Origin: Rubripirellula sp.
GTDB lineage: Bacteria > Planctomycetota > Planctomycetia > Pirellulales > Pirellulaceae
Reading direction: 5' to 3'
Length of the DNA: 64,000 nucleotides
NCBI GenBank assembly: GCA_965216875.1
Contig: OZ244207.1
Coordinates: 6,976,001-7,040,000, forward strand
The notes under the pieces were generated by a model. The model had not been told where the DNA came from. It did no database searches and saw nothing but the letters and a program-made list of their open reading frames with translations. Both the position numbers and the translations under genes were made by a program. Below are positions 36,075 through 45,302 of the stretch, one piece after another (positions within the stretch are counted from its first letter, which is position 1; the number at the start of each line of letters is the position of its first letter).

Positions 36075-37269
36075 TTCCTGCCTCCAGGATGGGCAAAATG
36101 GTTGCAAGTAAAAGGAAGCCGACCATCGCCGCCAGAACCAGAATCAGGATTGGTTCCAGGAGCGCGGTGAAACGGGCCGAGGTGGTCGCGACTTGCGCGT
36201 CGTAGTCATCAGCGAGCCGAAACAACATCTCATCAAGCTTGCCTGATTGTTGCCCGACTGAAAAGACACGCACGGCAAGTGGCGGAAACGCTTCGCTCTG
36301 TTCGAGAGCGTCTGCGAATTCTTCTCCGGCTGCGATACGTTGGCCACATGTGCGCAGCGCCTGTTTGAAAATCTCGTTATGGGTGGTCTTTTCGGCCAAT
36401 TCGACAGCACGCGTCAGTTCGACGCCGCTGCGTGAGAGGGTCGCGATGATCATCGCGATCCTCGCCACGCCCTGTTTGATCGCCATCGGACCGACCAGAG
36501 GCAGACGCAGCAGGGTGCGGTGCCATTGGTAGCGCCCTTTCTCGGTCCTGAGCAAAGCGGTCACGCCAAGGATGATCGCGACGGTCGCCGCGATCAAATA
36601 CCACTTGTAACCGACCAGGACATCACTGATCGCTTTGGCAACCAAAGTTGGCCACGGCAATTGGTCGAGTGTTTCTTGAAGGTTCTCGAGCAATGGCGGC
36701 AAGACCGAGGTCATCAAAAAGATCGCCGCACCCAATCCAAAACAGATCAGAAAAATCGGGTAGACCAATGCGGTCGTCACCGAATCCCGAAGCGAAAGTT
36801 GTTTTTGTTTGAACTCGGCAAGCTGCGTCAGCACGACATCGAGTGTCCCGGCGTTCTCGCCAACTTCGACCATGTGGACCGATGCGGCGTCGAACAAATC
36901 AGGTCGCTGCGAGAGCGCTTCGGCAAGCGAAGAACCGGCCGCAACGCGATCGCGAACACCGAGGATGGCCGCGCGAAACGAACCGCGATTTTGATCGGCC
37001 AGTGTGTCGAGCGCGTCGAGCATCGGAATGCCAGCGTGCAGCAACATCGACAATTCATGGACCGCGGTTGCCCACTGAGTGCTGGATGATCCAAGCGAAA
37101 GTTTGGGAAGCCACGAGAAGCTTGTGCGGCTTGCGCATTCGACAAGCTTGCGAACCTTCACTCCTTCGCCACGCAGTTGGTCTCTTGCTTGGCGCGGAGT
37201 GTCGGCGGCGACCGTGCCACGCACGACGGCCGAGTTGCGGTCAACGCCTGTGTAAGAAAAGACTGCCAT
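36064..37269 (-). CDS. gspF: T2SS inner-membrane protein GspF
   Basis: MAVFSY, LHAGIPMLDAL, GSSLAEAL, VGENAGTLD, ALVYP, LLEPILI, ILPI. Confidence 0.93.
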   Translation of the reverse strand: MAVFSYTGVDRNSAVVRGTVAADTPRQARDQLRGEGVKVRKLVECASRTSFSWLPKLSLGSSSTQWATAVHELSMLLHAGIPMLDALDTLADQNRGSFRAAILGVRDRVAAGSSLAEALSQRPDLFDAASVHMVEVGENAGTLDVVLTQLAEFKQKQLSLRDSVTTALVYPIFLICFGLGAAIFLMTSVLPPLLENLQETLDQLPWPTLVAKAISDVLVGYKWYLIAATVAIILGVTALLRTEKGRYQWHRTLLRLPLVGPMAIKQGVARIAMIIATLSRSGVELTRAVELAEKTTHNEIFKQALRTCGQRIAAGEEFADALEQSEAFPPLAVRVFSVGQQSGKLDEMLFRLADDYDAQVATTSARFTALLEPILILVLAAMVGFLLLATILPILEAGNVM

Positions 37270-37283
37270 GAATGAGTTAAAGA

Positions 37284-38990
37284 CTACAGCGTCGTGACGC
37301 GAAGGACCTCGTCGAGGGTCGTCCATCCTTGATGGACTTTGAGTAATCCGTCCGAGGCGAGCAGATGCATGCCGGCATCGAGTCCCGCCTCGCGAATCTG
37401 GGACGCGTTCCCGCGTGTTTGAACGAGGTCGCGGCAGGCGTCGTTCATCACCAAGAGTTCGAACAACCCAATTCGTCCGCGATAGCCTGTTCCGCGACAG
37501 GCGTCACAGCCGACCGGCTTGAAAACACCGGCAAGGTCCGAACGATTGATCTCTTGGTCGACCAGTAGCGATTCGGGCGGCGCGGGAAATTGGTTGCCGG
37601 CCGGATCGGGTTGTTTGCATTGGGCGCAGAGCCGTCGCACCAAACGCTGGGCGAGCGAGGCAACGAGCGAACTGCTGACCAAGTACGGTTCAATGCCCAA
37701 ATCGAGCAAGCGTGTGACGGCGCTCGCAGCATCGTTGGTGTGTAGTGTGCTGAAGACCAAGTGGCCGGTGAGTGAGGCTTGGATGGCCATCACAGCAGTT
37801 TCGTCGTCACGGATTTCGCCGACCATGATGATGTCGGGGTCTTGTCGCAGGACGCTGCGCATGCCCGAGGCGAACGTCATCCCTTTCTTTTCATTGATCT
37901 GCGTCTGCGAGATCCCGTCAAGTTGGTACTCGATCGGGTCTTCGAGCGTCAGCACGTTCAGGTCATGGGAATTGATTTCTTGAAGTGCACCGTAAAGCGT
38001 CGTGCTCTTTCCACTGCCCGTCGGCCCGGTGACCAAGATCATGCCGTGATCGCGCGTGATCAATCGGCTGAATACGTTCAAGTAATGAGGCGGCATTCCG
38101 AGTTCGCCGAGCGTGTACAACCGCGCGCTCTTGTCGAGCAAACGAATCACGATCCGTTCGTTATGACTGGTAGGCAACGAGGCGATTCGAAGGTCAACCG
38201 TTCGATCCCCCAGCTGAACCGTGGCCCGACCGTCTTGCGGTAGGCGTTTCTCGGCAATGTTCATCTTGCCGAGCACTTTCACACGAGTGAGAACTTCTTC
38301 TTGGACTGTTTTGGGAATCTCGAAACTATCGAAGAGCACACCGTCGATTCGCTGACGAACCATGACGCGGTCTTCGTAGGGTTGAATGTGAACGTCGGAC
38401 GCGCCCGCTTTGACGGCATCAAACAACAAGTGGTTGACCAGTCGGATGATCGGCGCGCGACCTTCGGTATCAAGTAGGTCTTCGCGCGACGCCAAAGCGC
38501 CGACTTCGTTCAAAACGGTTTCGCGATCAATCGAATCGATCACCTGCTGGGCTTGGCTCGAACGATCCGAGTAAGCGACGTTGATCGCAGATTGCAGCGC
38601 CGTGTCGGTTGCCAACACGGGTTCGGCTGTTTCGCGCAGTGCCCGTCCGATGATGTCGAGGTGCTCGTAACCATGTCGGTCACAAATGGCGACGTGAAGC
38701 TTTTCGTCGGTGTCGCGGAATCCGAGCACGCGGTGCGAGCGCGCGTAGGCGATCGAGAACTGGCCCAGGAACTTGCTGTCGGGGCGGAAGGCGGTTAGGT
38801 CAGCGGTGGGTGACCCGAGCGCTTGCACGAGCGCCGCATGCTGGTCCGCCGTTTGAGTCTCTGCCGCGCGAGAGGTCTCGGTAGCATCCCGGTCCGTACG
38901 TTCATCGCCACCGCTTAGCGGTGCATCGCGTTGGTCGGTATCGCCAAGTTGGCTGGATGCCGAGCGATTGGACTGGGTGGCTTCGGACAT
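37284..38990 (-). CDS. gspE: T2SS ATPase GspE
   Basis: ASDVHIQP, EKRLPQDG, Walker A GPTGSGKST, RQDPDIIMVGEIRD, TGHLVFSTLHTN, tetracysteine motif CAQC...CDAC. Confidence 0.95.
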   Translation of the reverse strand: MSEATQSNRSASSQLGDTDQRDAPLSGGDERTDRDATETSRAAETQTADQHAALVQALGSPTADLTAFRPDSKFLGQFSIAYARSHRVLGFRDTDEKLHVAICDRHGYEHLDIIGRALRETAEPVLATDTALQSAINVAYSDRSSQAQQVIDSIDRETVLNEVGALASREDLLDTEGRAPIIRLVNHLLFDAVKAGASDVHIQPYEDRVMVRQRIDGVLFDSFEIPKTVQEEVLTRVKVLGKMNIAEKRLPQDGRATVQLGDRTVDLRIASLPTSHNERIVIRLLDKSARLYTLGELGMPPHYLNVFSRLITRDHGMILVTGPTGSGKSTTLYGALQEINSHDLNVLTLEDPIEYQLDGISQTQINEKKGMTFASGMRSVLRQDPDIIMVGEIRDDETAVMAIQASLTGHLVFSTLHTNDAASAVTRLLDLGIEPYLVSSSLVASLAQRLVRRLCAQCKQPDPAGNQFPAPPESLLVDQEINRSDLAGVFKPVGCDACRGTGYRGRIGLFELLVMNDACRDLVQTRGNASQIREAGLDAGMHLLASDGLLKVHQGWTTLDEVLRVTTL

Positions 38991-41398
38991 GGGATCAGGA
39001 TCGGCCCACTCTGCGGATCGTCTCCGTCGATTTGGGCGTCTTGAACATCGATATCAGACAAGTATCGCAGATCGCGGAACCGCGAGTCGCGCAAAATCTT
39101 CGGACGAATGAAAAGGAAAAACGACGTGGATGATTCTTGCTCGGTCGTCAAACTGGTCAGCTCGCGAACGATCGGGATCTTTTCCGTCCAAGGGATACCC
39201 GAGAACGAATCACGTTGATCGATTCGCTTCAAACCACCGACGACAACGGTCTTGCCATCGGGAATTGTGACGACGCTGCCCACACGGTCGATCTGGCGAG
39301 GCGGGGGCAGGTTGTCTCCAGCATCACCAACGAACGTGCTGAACTCCACATCGAATTCTAATTGTAGGTGGTCGTCCTCATTGATATGGGGTGTGACTGT
39401 AATGATTGTGCCGGCTTGTTGGTCGCCACCCAGGCTGGTGGTAGCCACCTGGACCGACGTATTCACGCTGGCAAACGGGACGCTGGCGACGCTTTCAAGC
39501 GTACCGGTCTGGTTGTCGTTGACCAGGATTTTGGGGGATGCCAGCACGCGGCTGCGAGTGTGTTGTGACAAGGCTTGCACGATCACGTCGGCGACATCGG
39601 GATCGACCAACACGCCGTTAAAACCGAGCGCCGGATCGACGGTAAGGAAGCCGTTGACCGGATCGACTTCGCTGAGTCCGAATGAGGTGAACTTGAACAA
39701 CCGCTTGGCCCCCGTTCGGTCCCCCGTCGAAACCTCGACCCCGAGTGCGAAATTGTCAGACGTATCGACCGCAACGATCTCGGCTTCGATCATGACTTGA
39801 GGACGACGCTGGTCGAGCGAGCGAATCAGTTTTTCGTAAAGCGGTTGGACACTTGAGGGGGCGTAAACGATCAAGCTGTTGGTTGCGACATCGGCTGAAA
39901 CACGCGCGCCGCCCGGAAGCGTTGCGACCTGCGCACCACCACCAAATCCACCGAGTCCGCCAATGCCTGCGACACCACCGAGCCCGCCGCCACCGATAAG
40001 CGGACTGAGCGCGCGGTTTTGATTGATGCCCGTTGACGCCGGAGGCGTTTCGTCGGCGTTGCCGTTTTCGAGTGGTAAGCGTGTTGTTGTGGGCGCTTGT
40101 TGGTTCATTCCTGGAAACGCGGTCGCAGGAAAGTTACTGGCACCGCCTGGGTAGATGGCATTGCCAATGCCCATTCCCTGGTTCACGCCACCCACGTTCA
40201 TTCCGCCGAGTGTTCCGAACGCTCCGAAACCCAAACCGCCTTGGGCAAAACCGCTGCCGGCCGCTTCTTGCAATGCAAGCAGTGAATAGAGGACTTCGAC
40301 AGCACTCGCGTTGCGCAGTTTGTAGAACTGAATCGGGCTCTCGTCTGCGTCGACGGGACGATCGAGTTCTTTCAAAAGTGTTTCGATTTGACGATGAACT
40401 TCGGCCGGCGCCCTGACAATCAACATGTTGCCATCTTCGTCGAGTGTCGTTTCGATCGCCGTTTCTTGTTGATCACTGCTGACCAAACCACGAATGAGTT
40501 TGTCCATCCTTTCGGCGGCGACGTTTCGCAGTCGATAGGCTCGCGTGACGTAATCAGTGCCAGTATCAAGTTGTCGAAGCAAGCGAATGATTTCAGCAAC
40601 ACGCGTCGTTTCGCCAGCGATCACGACGCGTTTTCCCGATGCATCGTTGAATAACTTGACATCCAATGCACCCGCCGCCGTTGGGTCTTTTCGCAACAGC
40701 GTTTCGACTTGTTCAATCAATGCCGCGGGGCTTCGGCTCTCGGTGATGTAAAAGTCGATGATCGTTTGACTGCGCGGTTGATCGATCAATTGCAACAGTT
40801 CGACCATCGTGCGAACGTTTTGAGCGTAGTCGGTCACGATCACCAGTCCGCTTTCGGGCAACGCAATGAAGTTCGATCCCTTGGAAAGGAACGAACGCAT
40901 CGTCTGTGAAAGCTTTGAAATGTCGACGTTGCGTACCGGAATGACTTGAGTCACGGCAGCCGCGGGACCATCGCGGACAAGCACTTCGGCGGCTTCGCCA
41001 GGTCGGGCGTAAGGTCCCATGTCGGCGACATCGACGATGCGTTTCCAACCCGGGACGTCCGAGTCGACGACCGCAAGGTTTTCGCCCTTGAGCAGGCTTC
41101 CGAGCAAAATCGGCAGCGCCGACTTGGGAAGTCGCGCGGGAGTGTAGACGGTGACTTGGCGGTTTGCCAAATCGGCGCTATAGAGAAAACGAATATCGAG
41201 CTGTTTGGAGACCGCTTCGACCAACTTGGTCAGGCTGACCGCACCGCTGAGATTTAGTTCGACCGTTTCTTCCATTCGGTTGCCAGCTGGCCGCTGCGCC
41301 AACACGCCGGTCAACGGGCAGGCAAGCATGACGATCGCCAACGCGCATATCGCCACCACCCGGGCTGCCAACCGTTTGTTGACGCTTGAAGAATTCAA
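38915..41398 (-). CDS. gspD: Secretin GspD
   Basis: N-domains, NSLIV...LDQRRPQVMIEAEI, VLASPKILVNDNQ, ITVTPHI, DGKTVVVGGL, GIPWTEKIP, FIRPKI. Confidence 0.92.
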   Translation of the reverse strand: MNSSSVNKRLAARVVAICALAIVMLACPLTGVLAQRPAGNRMEETVELNLSGAVSLTKLVEAVSKQLDIRFLYSADLANRQVTVYTPARLPKSALPILLGSLLKGENLAVVDSDVPGWKRIVDVADMGPYARPGEAAEVLVRDGPAAAVTQVIPVRNVDISKLSQTMRSFLSKGSNFIALPESGLVIVTDYAQNVRTMVELLQLIDQPRSQTIIDFYITESRSPAALIEQVETLLRKDPTAAGALDVKLFNDASGKRVVIAGETTRVAEIIRLLRQLDTGTDYVTRAYRLRNVAAERMDKLIRGLVSSDQQETAIETTLDEDGNMLIVRAPAEVHRQIETLLKELDRPVDADESPIQFYKLRNASAVEVLYSLLALQEAAGSGFAQGGLGFGAFGTLGGMNVGGVNQGMGIGNAIYPGGASNFPATAFPGMNQQAPTTTRLPLENGNADETPPASTGINQNRALSPLIGGGGLGGVAGIGGLGGFGGGAQVATLPGGARVSADVATNSLIVYAPSSVQPLYEKLIRSLDQRRPQVMIEAEIVAVDTSDNFALGVEVSTGDRTGAKRLFKFTSFGLSEVDPVNGFLTVDPALGFNGVLVDPDVADVIVQALSQHTRSRVLASPKILVNDNQTGTLESVASVPFASVNTSVQVATTSLGGDQQAGTIITVTPHINEDDHLQLEFDVEFSTFVGDAGDNLPPPRQIDRVGSVVTIPDGKTVVVGGLKRIDQRDSFSGIPWTEKIPIVRELTSLTTEQESSTSFFLFIRPKILRDSRFRDLRYLSDIDVQDAQIDGDDPQSGPILIPCPKPPSPIARHPANLAIPTNAMHR

Positions 41399-41494
41399 GT
41401 CGGATTACCCATAAAAGGTGCGTGGCGGAGCGTCTTGCGATAGGATGACACGGTGGTGTCCCAGCGGAGACGCGATCAGTCAACGACGGACGCT

Positions 41495-41935
41495 ATGAAA
41501 ACTGGCCGGAATACGTCAACGGAGTTTTGCGCCCAAAGTCGTTGCTTCGCCGATCAGGAGTTTCACAAGGTGTGTTCATTCCACCTCTACCTCTATGGCC
41601 CTGACAAAGGGCCGATTGACACCAGCTTTGAAGCTGCCGCGGCGCGGCTGCAGACGCTCGAGCTGCTTCACTTCGAGCCCGACGGGTCATTCGTTTGGAT
41701 CCGCGGCGAGGGAAAACAGCAGATCTACGGCATGCTCTACGATGCCCAAGGCAAGATCCAATACGGCGAACTGCAAGGCAAATGCGACAACGCAACCTGG
41801 CGCCGCCTGGTCGCCGCGATTTGCGGCGACTGCAGCCAATCGCTACTGGTGATGCGTTTGCCCGATCGCAAATTGCAAGATTTGCAAAGCTTTGAAAGGG
41901 AGGCATGGCCCGTTCACAACGAGCCGATCGAGTAG
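41495..41935 (+). CDS. Hypothetical protein (FEPDGSFVW motif)
   Basis: Protein-like ORF filling the gap divergent from gspD; start uncertain. Confidence 0.6.
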   Translation: MKTGRNTSTEFCAQSRCFADQEFHKVCSFHLYLYGPDKGPIDTSFEAAAARLQTLELLHFEPDGSFVWIRGEGKQQIYGMLYDAQGKIQYGELQGKCDNATWRRLVAAICGDCSQSLLVMRLPDRKLQDLQSFEREAWPVHNEPIE

Positions 41936-42217
41936 ACGCGAAAAAGTTGTCTTTTCTTTTTGCCTTCGTTCTTTCCCGAAAAACCCGCCTTTTCTGGAGT
42001 TTCTTTCGACTCCCAGGCCAATTTTCGAACCCACCGGGCGAACTTCAGAGGGTCCGGATCTGTCAATTTTGATGATTGGCACACTTGTTGCTTTTCTACC
42101 ATCTGATAGTCGGCAAGCCGGCCATTACTAAACTCACGCGTTCGCCGGAGACACTCGATCGAACGCTATCAAGAGTCGGGAATACCTGACGAATCTTGTT
42201 TCAGGAGGGAATCAACC

Positions 42218-42418
42218 ATGTTGACCACTTGCACCCCAACCATCTCAGAGACTCCCGTTGCGTCGCAAAATGAGACGCTGCCTTCGGATATCGAAATTTC
42301 GCGACGTGTTCTGCGAATCCGATCACGCTGGAGTGTTGGTGAGCGAATTCGCCGACGCCAAGAGGCGGAGCAACGATTTGTCGATCTGATGTCCGCGCTT
42401 GCCAGCGACGCTGCCTAG
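42218..42418 (+). CDS. Small hypothetical protein (66 aa)
   Basis: AGGAGG Shine-Dalgarno at 42203-42208; IRSRWSVGERIRRR helix. Confidence 0.7.
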   Translation: MLTTCTPTISETPVASQNETLPSDIEISRRVLRIRSRWSVGERIRRRQEAEQRFVDLMSALASDAA

Positions 42419-42534
42419 TCGTTTTTCCTCACGGCTGTGGCAACAAAGTTCGCCGCAGCCACACGGCTGCGGCGAAGGTTTTGTCGTGGCTGTGGGTCAA
42501 CCGGCGAATCGTCTCGTGGACAGACATTGGATCG

Positions 42535-43053
42535 TCAATCGAGTCCTTCGCCACCGATTGCAGGCCGATGAATCGATTCGCCTGCGGTTTCGCCGTGGTA
42601 GCGGCTTGCTTCCAAAAACGACTCGAGCAGAACCAGCGCTGCGACGGCGTCGACGCGTTGCTTCTTCTTTGCTCGTGTGTACCCGCCGTCAGCCATCCGA
42701 CGATTGGCATCTGCGGTCGTGAACCGCTCATCAAAAAGGCGGACGGGAATTTCTGTCTGTTCGGCCAGCCATTTCGCGAATTCACGGCATTCGAGACTCT
42801 TTTGGCTTTCACCCCCATCGCAGTGAATGGGTAGCCCGACCACAAAGCCAGCAATGCGTTCGAGCTTGACGAGGCTGCGGAAATAATCGCCATCGTCGCG
42901 CCAATTTTTCGCCGGATGCACTTCGAGCGGACTGGCCAGGATGCGGTCGGGATCACAGATCGCAATTCCGATTCTTACCGAGCCAAAGTCAATCGAAGCG
43001 ACTCGGCCCGATTGTGGGAATTCATCAGCAGGAGGCGTGGGCGTATTGGACAT
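42535..43053 (-). CDS. ruvX: YqgF/RuvX-family nuclease
   Basis: IDFGSVRIGIAICD, VVGLP, FDERFTT, VDAVAALVLLESFL. Confidence 0.93.
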   Translation of the reverse strand: MSNTPTPPADEFPQSGRVASIDFGSVRIGIAICDPDRILASPLEVHPAKNWRDDGDYFRSLVKLERIAGFVVGLPIHCDGGESQKSLECREFAKWLAEQTEIPVRLFDERFTTADANRRMADGGYTRAKKKQRVDAVAALVLLESFLEASRYHGETAGESIHRPAIGGEGLD

Positions 43054-43110
43054 TTGATCGAGTGTATAGTCGCCCCCCGCATCGTGAAAGTCATGAGCCG
43101 CTGGCCCCAC

Positions 43111-43181
43111 CCTCGTTACCCCGCTCCGCGTGGTAACGCACTCTTCGGACGCTCCGCGTCCCTACCTTCGCCAGAAGGTGG
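43111..43181. repeat. Composite palindromic repeat (inverted near-copy at 55880-55965)
   Basis: CCTCGTTACCCCGCTCCGCGTGGTAACGCACTCTTCGGACGCTCCGCGTCC abutting CTACCTTCGCCAGAAGGTGG. Confidence 0.85.
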
Positions 43182-43290
43182 ATCCCCTTCCTCACGCTCC
43201 AGCAGCACCAATGCCCGATGCAGCATCGCTGGCTTTCACTTAAGATCTGGGTGACTCGCCTCAACTCACCGCCCCTCTCGAATCATCAAC

Positions 43291-44574
43291 GTGGATCAAA
43301 GTCAGCGCGACCGCTTTCGAAGCCTGCCACCGGAATCGCTCCGCGCTCACCAGCTCGATCGCCTCAATCAGGTTCTTGCGACTGCCAAGAGGCAATCGTT
43401 TTACGCTGAGCGTCTTGCGACGGTTGAATCGCCGCTGAAGTCACTTGATCAGCTGGCCTCGATACCGCTGATTGATAAGGGCGACCTGATTGCGGACGAG
43501 CGTGGTCAGCCGGGACGCATTTTCGAGCGACCACGGTCAGAGTACACGCGGCTGCATCAAACAAGCGGCACACGCGGGTTTCCGATGCCCGTCCTCGACA
43601 CGCACGACGATTGGCAATGGTGGATGGATTGCTGGGCGTACGTTTTGGATGCCGCCCAAGTGACGGCCGATGACGTCGCGATGATGGCGTTCTCGTTCGG
43701 CCCGTTCATTGGTTTCTGGACGGCCAACGACGCCTTGGTCCAACGCGGCGCGATGGTCGTTCCCGGCGGCGGCATGTCGAGCGAAGCGAGGTTGCAGCTG
43801 ATCGATGATCACCGCGCGACGGTTGTTTGTTGCACCCCAACGTACGCGTTGCACCTGGCTTCGGTCGCTGAGGACCGTGGCATCGATTTGGCATCGAATT
43901 CGGTGACGCGGATCATTGTGGCGGGAGAGCCGGGCGGCAGTGTCGGCGCGGTGCGCAGCCGAATCGAATCTGCATGGGGCGCGACCGTGATCGACCATAG
44001 CGGCGCAAGCGAAGTCGGCGCCTGGGGCGTGGGCAGTGTCGACGGACGCGGCTTGCACGTGGTCGAATCCGAGTTCATCGCCGAACTGCTGAAGTTCGAC
44101 GACGACCATCCCAATGGCGTGGTTGCCGGCGAAGGCGAAGAGGCCGAGTTGGTGCTGACGAACCTGGGACGACTCGGTGGACCAGCCATTCGGTATCGCA
44201 CCGGCGACATCGTTCGCGGCTATCGCCGTCATGATTACGATTGTCGATTCGTTTGGCTCGAAGGTGGTGTGCTCGGTCGATCCGACGACATGATGGTGAT
44301 CCGCGGCGTGAACGTTTTCCCGAGCAGTGTCGAAGCGATCGTGCGCCAGGTGGATGGCTCGGCCGAGTTCCGGATGATTGCGACCCGCAAAGCGGAGATG
44401 GACCAACTTGCCCTTGAAATTGAATCGAGCCAAGCGACCGCAACGAAGCTCGAAAACCTTTTTCGTGAACGCTTGGCAATGCGCGTCGTGGTGACGTGTG
44501 TGGCGGCCGGTTCGTTGCCGCGGTTTGAGGCAAAGGCGAAACGTTGGATTGATCGTAGACAAGCGAACGAGTGA
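43291..44574 (+). CDS. Phenylacetate-CoA ligase (PaaK) family adenylate-forming enzyme
   Basis: HQTSGTRG, CTPTYAL, AGEPG, DHSGASE, IRYRTGD, GRSDDMMVIRGVNVFPS. Confidence 0.88.
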   Translation: MDQSQRDRFRSLPPESLRAHQLDRLNQVLATAKRQSFYAERLATVESPLKSLDQLASIPLIDKGDLIADERGQPGRIFERPRSEYTRLHQTSGTRGFPMPVLDTHDDWQWWMDCWAYVLDAAQVTADDVAMMAFSFGPFIGFWTANDALVQRGAMVVPGGGMSSEARLQLIDDHRATVVCCTPTYALHLASVAEDRGIDLASNSVTRIIVAGEPGGSVGAVRSRIESAWGATVIDHSGASEVGAWGVGSVDGRGLHVVESEFIAELLKFDDDHPNGVVAGEGEEAELVLTNLGRLGGPAIRYRTGDIVRGYRRHDYDCRFVWLEGGVLGRSDDMMVIRGVNVFPSSVEAIVRQVDGSAEFRMIATRKAEMDQLALEIESSQATATKLENLFRERLAMRVVVTCVAAGSLPRFEAKAKRWIDRRQANE

Positions 44575-44575
44575 A

Positions 44576-44920
44576 ATGAACGAAGCAACAGATACAAGTG
44601 ATACGCCCACACCGACAGCGATTGAGCGAGTAGGCGATGCGGCGATTCGTATCTCTTGGAGCGATGGAAGCGAAGTCACTTGGTCGGCCGGCCAGCTACG
44701 AAAGGATTGCCCCTGTGCAACTTGCCGCGAAAAGCGTCGCGGTGACCAGGACAAGGCGGAAGCCAAGCCGCTCGGTTTGCCCGTTCTGTCGGCTGCCGAG
44801 GCGCGCCCCTTGACGATCGAGTCGATGAGTCCGGTGGGAAGCTATGCCTACAACATCGCTTTTAGCGACGGCCATTCGTCCGGTATCTTTCCGTTAGAAA
44901 CTCTTTACAAGAAAGAGTGA
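44576..44920 (+). CDS. DUF971 / GBBH-like N-terminal zinc-binding protein
   Basis: WSDG, LRKDCPCATC, VGSYAYNIAFSDGHSSGIF. Confidence 0.9.
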   Translation: MNEATDTSDTPTPTAIERVGDAAIRISWSDGSEVTWSAGQLRKDCPCATCREKRRGDQDKAEAKPLGLPVLSAAEARPLTIESMSPVGSYAYNIAFSDGHSSGIFPLETLYKKE

Positions 44921-45018
44921 GCCTGGTGGCTGGTACTTGCGTCGTTACAGGTACAAGTCCCTGAAAAGCCCCCTGAAAAGCCCCTGTAGATTCAATTTCT
45001 CGAACTGGATCGGTCTCA

Positions 45019-45255
45019 ATGAGTGGCCACGATTTGCAACGCGCATGGCGAGTCGTCAGTGAAAATCGCATTCGTGCGGCTCAGGCCGAAGGGGAATTTG
45101 AAGATCTGGCCGGATTTGGCCGACCTCTAGAAGAGTTGATGGACATCAACGACCCCAACGGCTGGATTCGCCGCACGATTCGCGATTCGGTACAAACGCC
45201 CGAAAAGCGAGCATCACTTCGTAGGGTGTGTGCTCGCACGCACCAGTCGCCTTGA
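45019..45255 (+). CDS. Short DUF1992-domain protein
   Basis: ENRIRAAQAEGEFEDLAGFGRPL...WIRR. Confidence 0.7.
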   Translation: MSGHDLQRAWRVVSENRIRAAQAEGEFEDLAGFGRPLEELMDINDPNGWIRRTIRDSVQTPEKRASLRRVCARTHQSP

Positions 45256-45302
45256 ATCGAGGGACCTTGAATCGGGGTGCGTACTAACAAAGGAAAGCCT
45301 GT

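Noticed and set aside
43537..44766. 409-aa antisense ORF (similarly 62842-63987)
   Set aside because: Overlaps well-supported genes on the other strand and has no recognisable motifs.
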